A DNA stretch of 64,000 nt from Sphyrna mokarran (Eukaryota), in NCBI GenBank assembly GCA_024679065.1, contig JAGIQG010000015.1, positions 45,632,001 to 45,696,000 of the forward strand, written 5' to 3'. A program made the translations under genes and the position numbers. Below the pieces are notes generated by a model, which saw only the letters and a program-made list of their open reading frames with translations, was not told the DNA's origin and made no database searches. Positions 61,651-64,000 of this stretch are shown here, in pieces. Position 1 is the first letter of the stretch; every line of letters starts with the position of its first letter.

Positions 61651-63640
61651 TGTAGATTTAAAGTAACACACAACAGGTTTATTGAAAGGTTGTTCTTTGC
61701 CTCGGGTACAAACTGAAACTAAAAGCAGGAGTTTCTCAAGTATCCCAATGACATCACCATCAAATCATGTGACCAACTCTTAAAGCAATCATGCAGCTAC
61801 TTAAATATATAACATCACTCCCCCCTTTACTTCCATGGTCAAAGCAACAAATTACTATGATTTTATACAGAGGTCAATAATAATTCTTCAGTTTGAACTG
61901 TATAAGAAATTCATCTGTTTTGCTACAACTATGACTGGAACTCATTTTTTACTCTAGACACAATACTATGCACACTATTTTTTATACACAGGCAGTGAGA
62001 ATATCAATCAGCAGCACACCTATTCAGCTTTGGTTGAATGTGACATTCTGGAATTTGTGTGTCCTAAGAGGTATGTTTTGGAAATTCAGGAAACATTCTT
62101 CCCTTGGAAATAATTTGGCATCATATGAGTAGGAGCTTAGAAATGATCATCAGGGAACTCAGATTCAACTAAGTATTTTGTAGTAGTAATCACAGCACGA
62201 GGGACTAAAGAAGTTACTGTTTTTGGAGATGATTCTGAGAAACCATTCTGAGATGATAACAATTGGTCAGCATGGCGTCGCCAGAATAATTCTTCAGTTT
62301 GAATTGTATAAGAAATTGGACCTGTTTTGCTAAAACTATGGTTGGAACCCATTTCTTACTCATGGCGTTAACACTGATCTCTTGTTGAAATAAGCTTTGT
62401 TTTACCCTCATGTATCATCTAGCAACTTGAGATTGCTGTTGATGCTCGACTATCTCTGAAGATTCTGTATGCAATAACAAATGAAATATACTTCTCAACT
62501 TTATCTATAAGAATAGTAATGCAGATGAACTTTGCATGAATAGAACTTCCATAACATGCCAAAAAGATATTCACATGAGGTAATAATGTACCATGCTGTT
62601 TTGAAGCATTGAAATAATTTTTCAACGGTTGTACAAATCTTTCAGCTGGTCTGCTAGTTGATAAATGATTAGGAAAAATGACACCATTTACTTGAAAAAA
62701 CTCTTGTGAAGTAAACAGTGAACCATTAACAATAACAATCAGATCTGGGTTAGCAAATCTTGCAAAGATTTTGTCAAATTTTTCAATGGTTTGTTCAGCT
62801 GTAGTAGATCTCATGATAACAACTTCTGGCCACCTTGTGTGTGCATCAGTTAAGATTAAGAACATGTAATCCTCAAGCAGACCAGCAAAAGCTACATGCA
62901 ATTAATCCTACAGCATTTTAGGCTACTCACATGGATGCAAAGGTGACAATGGTGACAATGGTGGGGTATTTCTTATATGTGCATGCGTTGACACTGTCCC
63001 ACTTTTTCTTCAATCTGACCACCCAGACACCAAAAATAACTATGTATTAATTCCTTCATCCAGACTATACCAGGATGTCCTTCATGTAATTGTTCAATAG
63101 ACTAGGAGGAATAATAACTTGGATTCTCTACAATAGTAACCTACCTTGAGCAGTCAGGTCAAACTTTCTTGAGGCATATGGTTTCAAATTAGAGTTCATG
63201 CATTGCATTCTAGCTATTCTTCCTTTCAATACCATATTGATCAAGGGATCATTTCCAGTATGTCTCTGAAGTTGAGAAGCTATTACAGAAAAATGATCTG
63301 CTTATGAAAAATGAAGAATATTAGCAAGACTAGTTAGTTGTGTCTGTTCAATAGGTATAGGTAAGCATGATAATGCATGGCACTCTGATTGATGAAATAT
63401 GATTGTAGCAATGTGCCAATAAGACCAATGACCATTGTTGCAATATACTAACAACAGTATGCCCTTATACAGCCCAAAAATAGTAAAGGGTCAATGATCA
63501 GTCAATAATGTGAAATGATGACCATATAAATTATCATGAAACCTCTGTATGACAAAAATTATACTCAATTCTTCCTTTTATAGCTGAGCATGGATTCAGC
63601 ACTAGTCAGGGTATGTAAACTACTGCCTCTGTATCACAAA
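61651..63640 (-). mobile_element. Gypsy LTR retrotransposon remnant (RNase H, integrase, PPT, 3' LTR)
   Basis: ORF 62419-62901 HVAFAG..MFLILTDAHTRWPEV..STTAEQTI..FARF..NGSLFTSQEF; PPT (plus-strand CACTCCCCCCTTTAC) next to LTR 61651-61814. Confidence 0.9.
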
Positions 63641-63719
63641 CAAGCAGTGATCATAGCTTTGGAATAAAATGAATCAATACCAGATACTTCTGCAAAATAT
63701 CTTTGACATCTTTGACATT

Positions 63720-63995
63720 AGAGTTATATAAGATTATGAGGGGTATAGATAGAGTAAATGGTGGTAAGCTTTTTCCACCATTAGATTTGGATAGAACAAG
63801 GGGTCACGGCCTGAGGGTGAGGGGGGCTATGTATAAGACTAATATTAGAGGGCATTTTTTCACACAAAGGGTAGTGGGGGTGTGGAATGCATTACCGAGT
63901 AAGGTGGTGGGAGCAGGCACACTAGGGTTGTTTAAGGGTGTCTTGGACAGCCACATGAGCGGTCTGCAGATAGAGGGATATAGGAGGACTGTTTA
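63720..63995 (+). mobile_element. CR1 3' fragment
   Basis: YKIMRGIDRV..TRGH..FFTQRVVGVWNALP. Confidence 0.9.
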
Positions 63996-64000
63996 AATAC

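Overview
Vertebrate, almost certainly shark (elasmobranch), genomic DNA. HE1/V-SINEs, Deu-domain SINEs and HER1/CR1 LINEs point to this; a carcharhiniform shark is only a guess. The window is intergenic or intronic and dominated by nested transposable elements, and no host gene can be named. Main contents: (1) an old two-LTR endogenous retrovirus (27153-40419) with PBS, PPT, integrase remnant and gamma-type env, interrupted by a ~6 kb block holding a CpG-rich YY1/GC-box fragment, a higher-order AAATTTACCTC satellite, a Gypsy gag scrap, Rex1, CR1 and a SINE; (2) two non-coding Penelope-derived fold-back elements (14939-15324, 42306-42906), each a long hairpin with a minimal hammerhead-ribozyme motif in both arms, a one-sided 35-nt tail and a 12-bp TSD, one inside a Penelope GIY-YIG remnant and the other duplicating the TATA box of a Harbinger Myb gene; (3) spliced PIF/Harbinger Myb/SANT gene remnants and MITEs; (4) Gypsy, L2, Rex1 and many CR1 copies. 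A TE-poor stretch at about 5.6-8.7 kb holds weak candidate terminal exons. Calls were made by eye, so boundaries of old elements are approximate.
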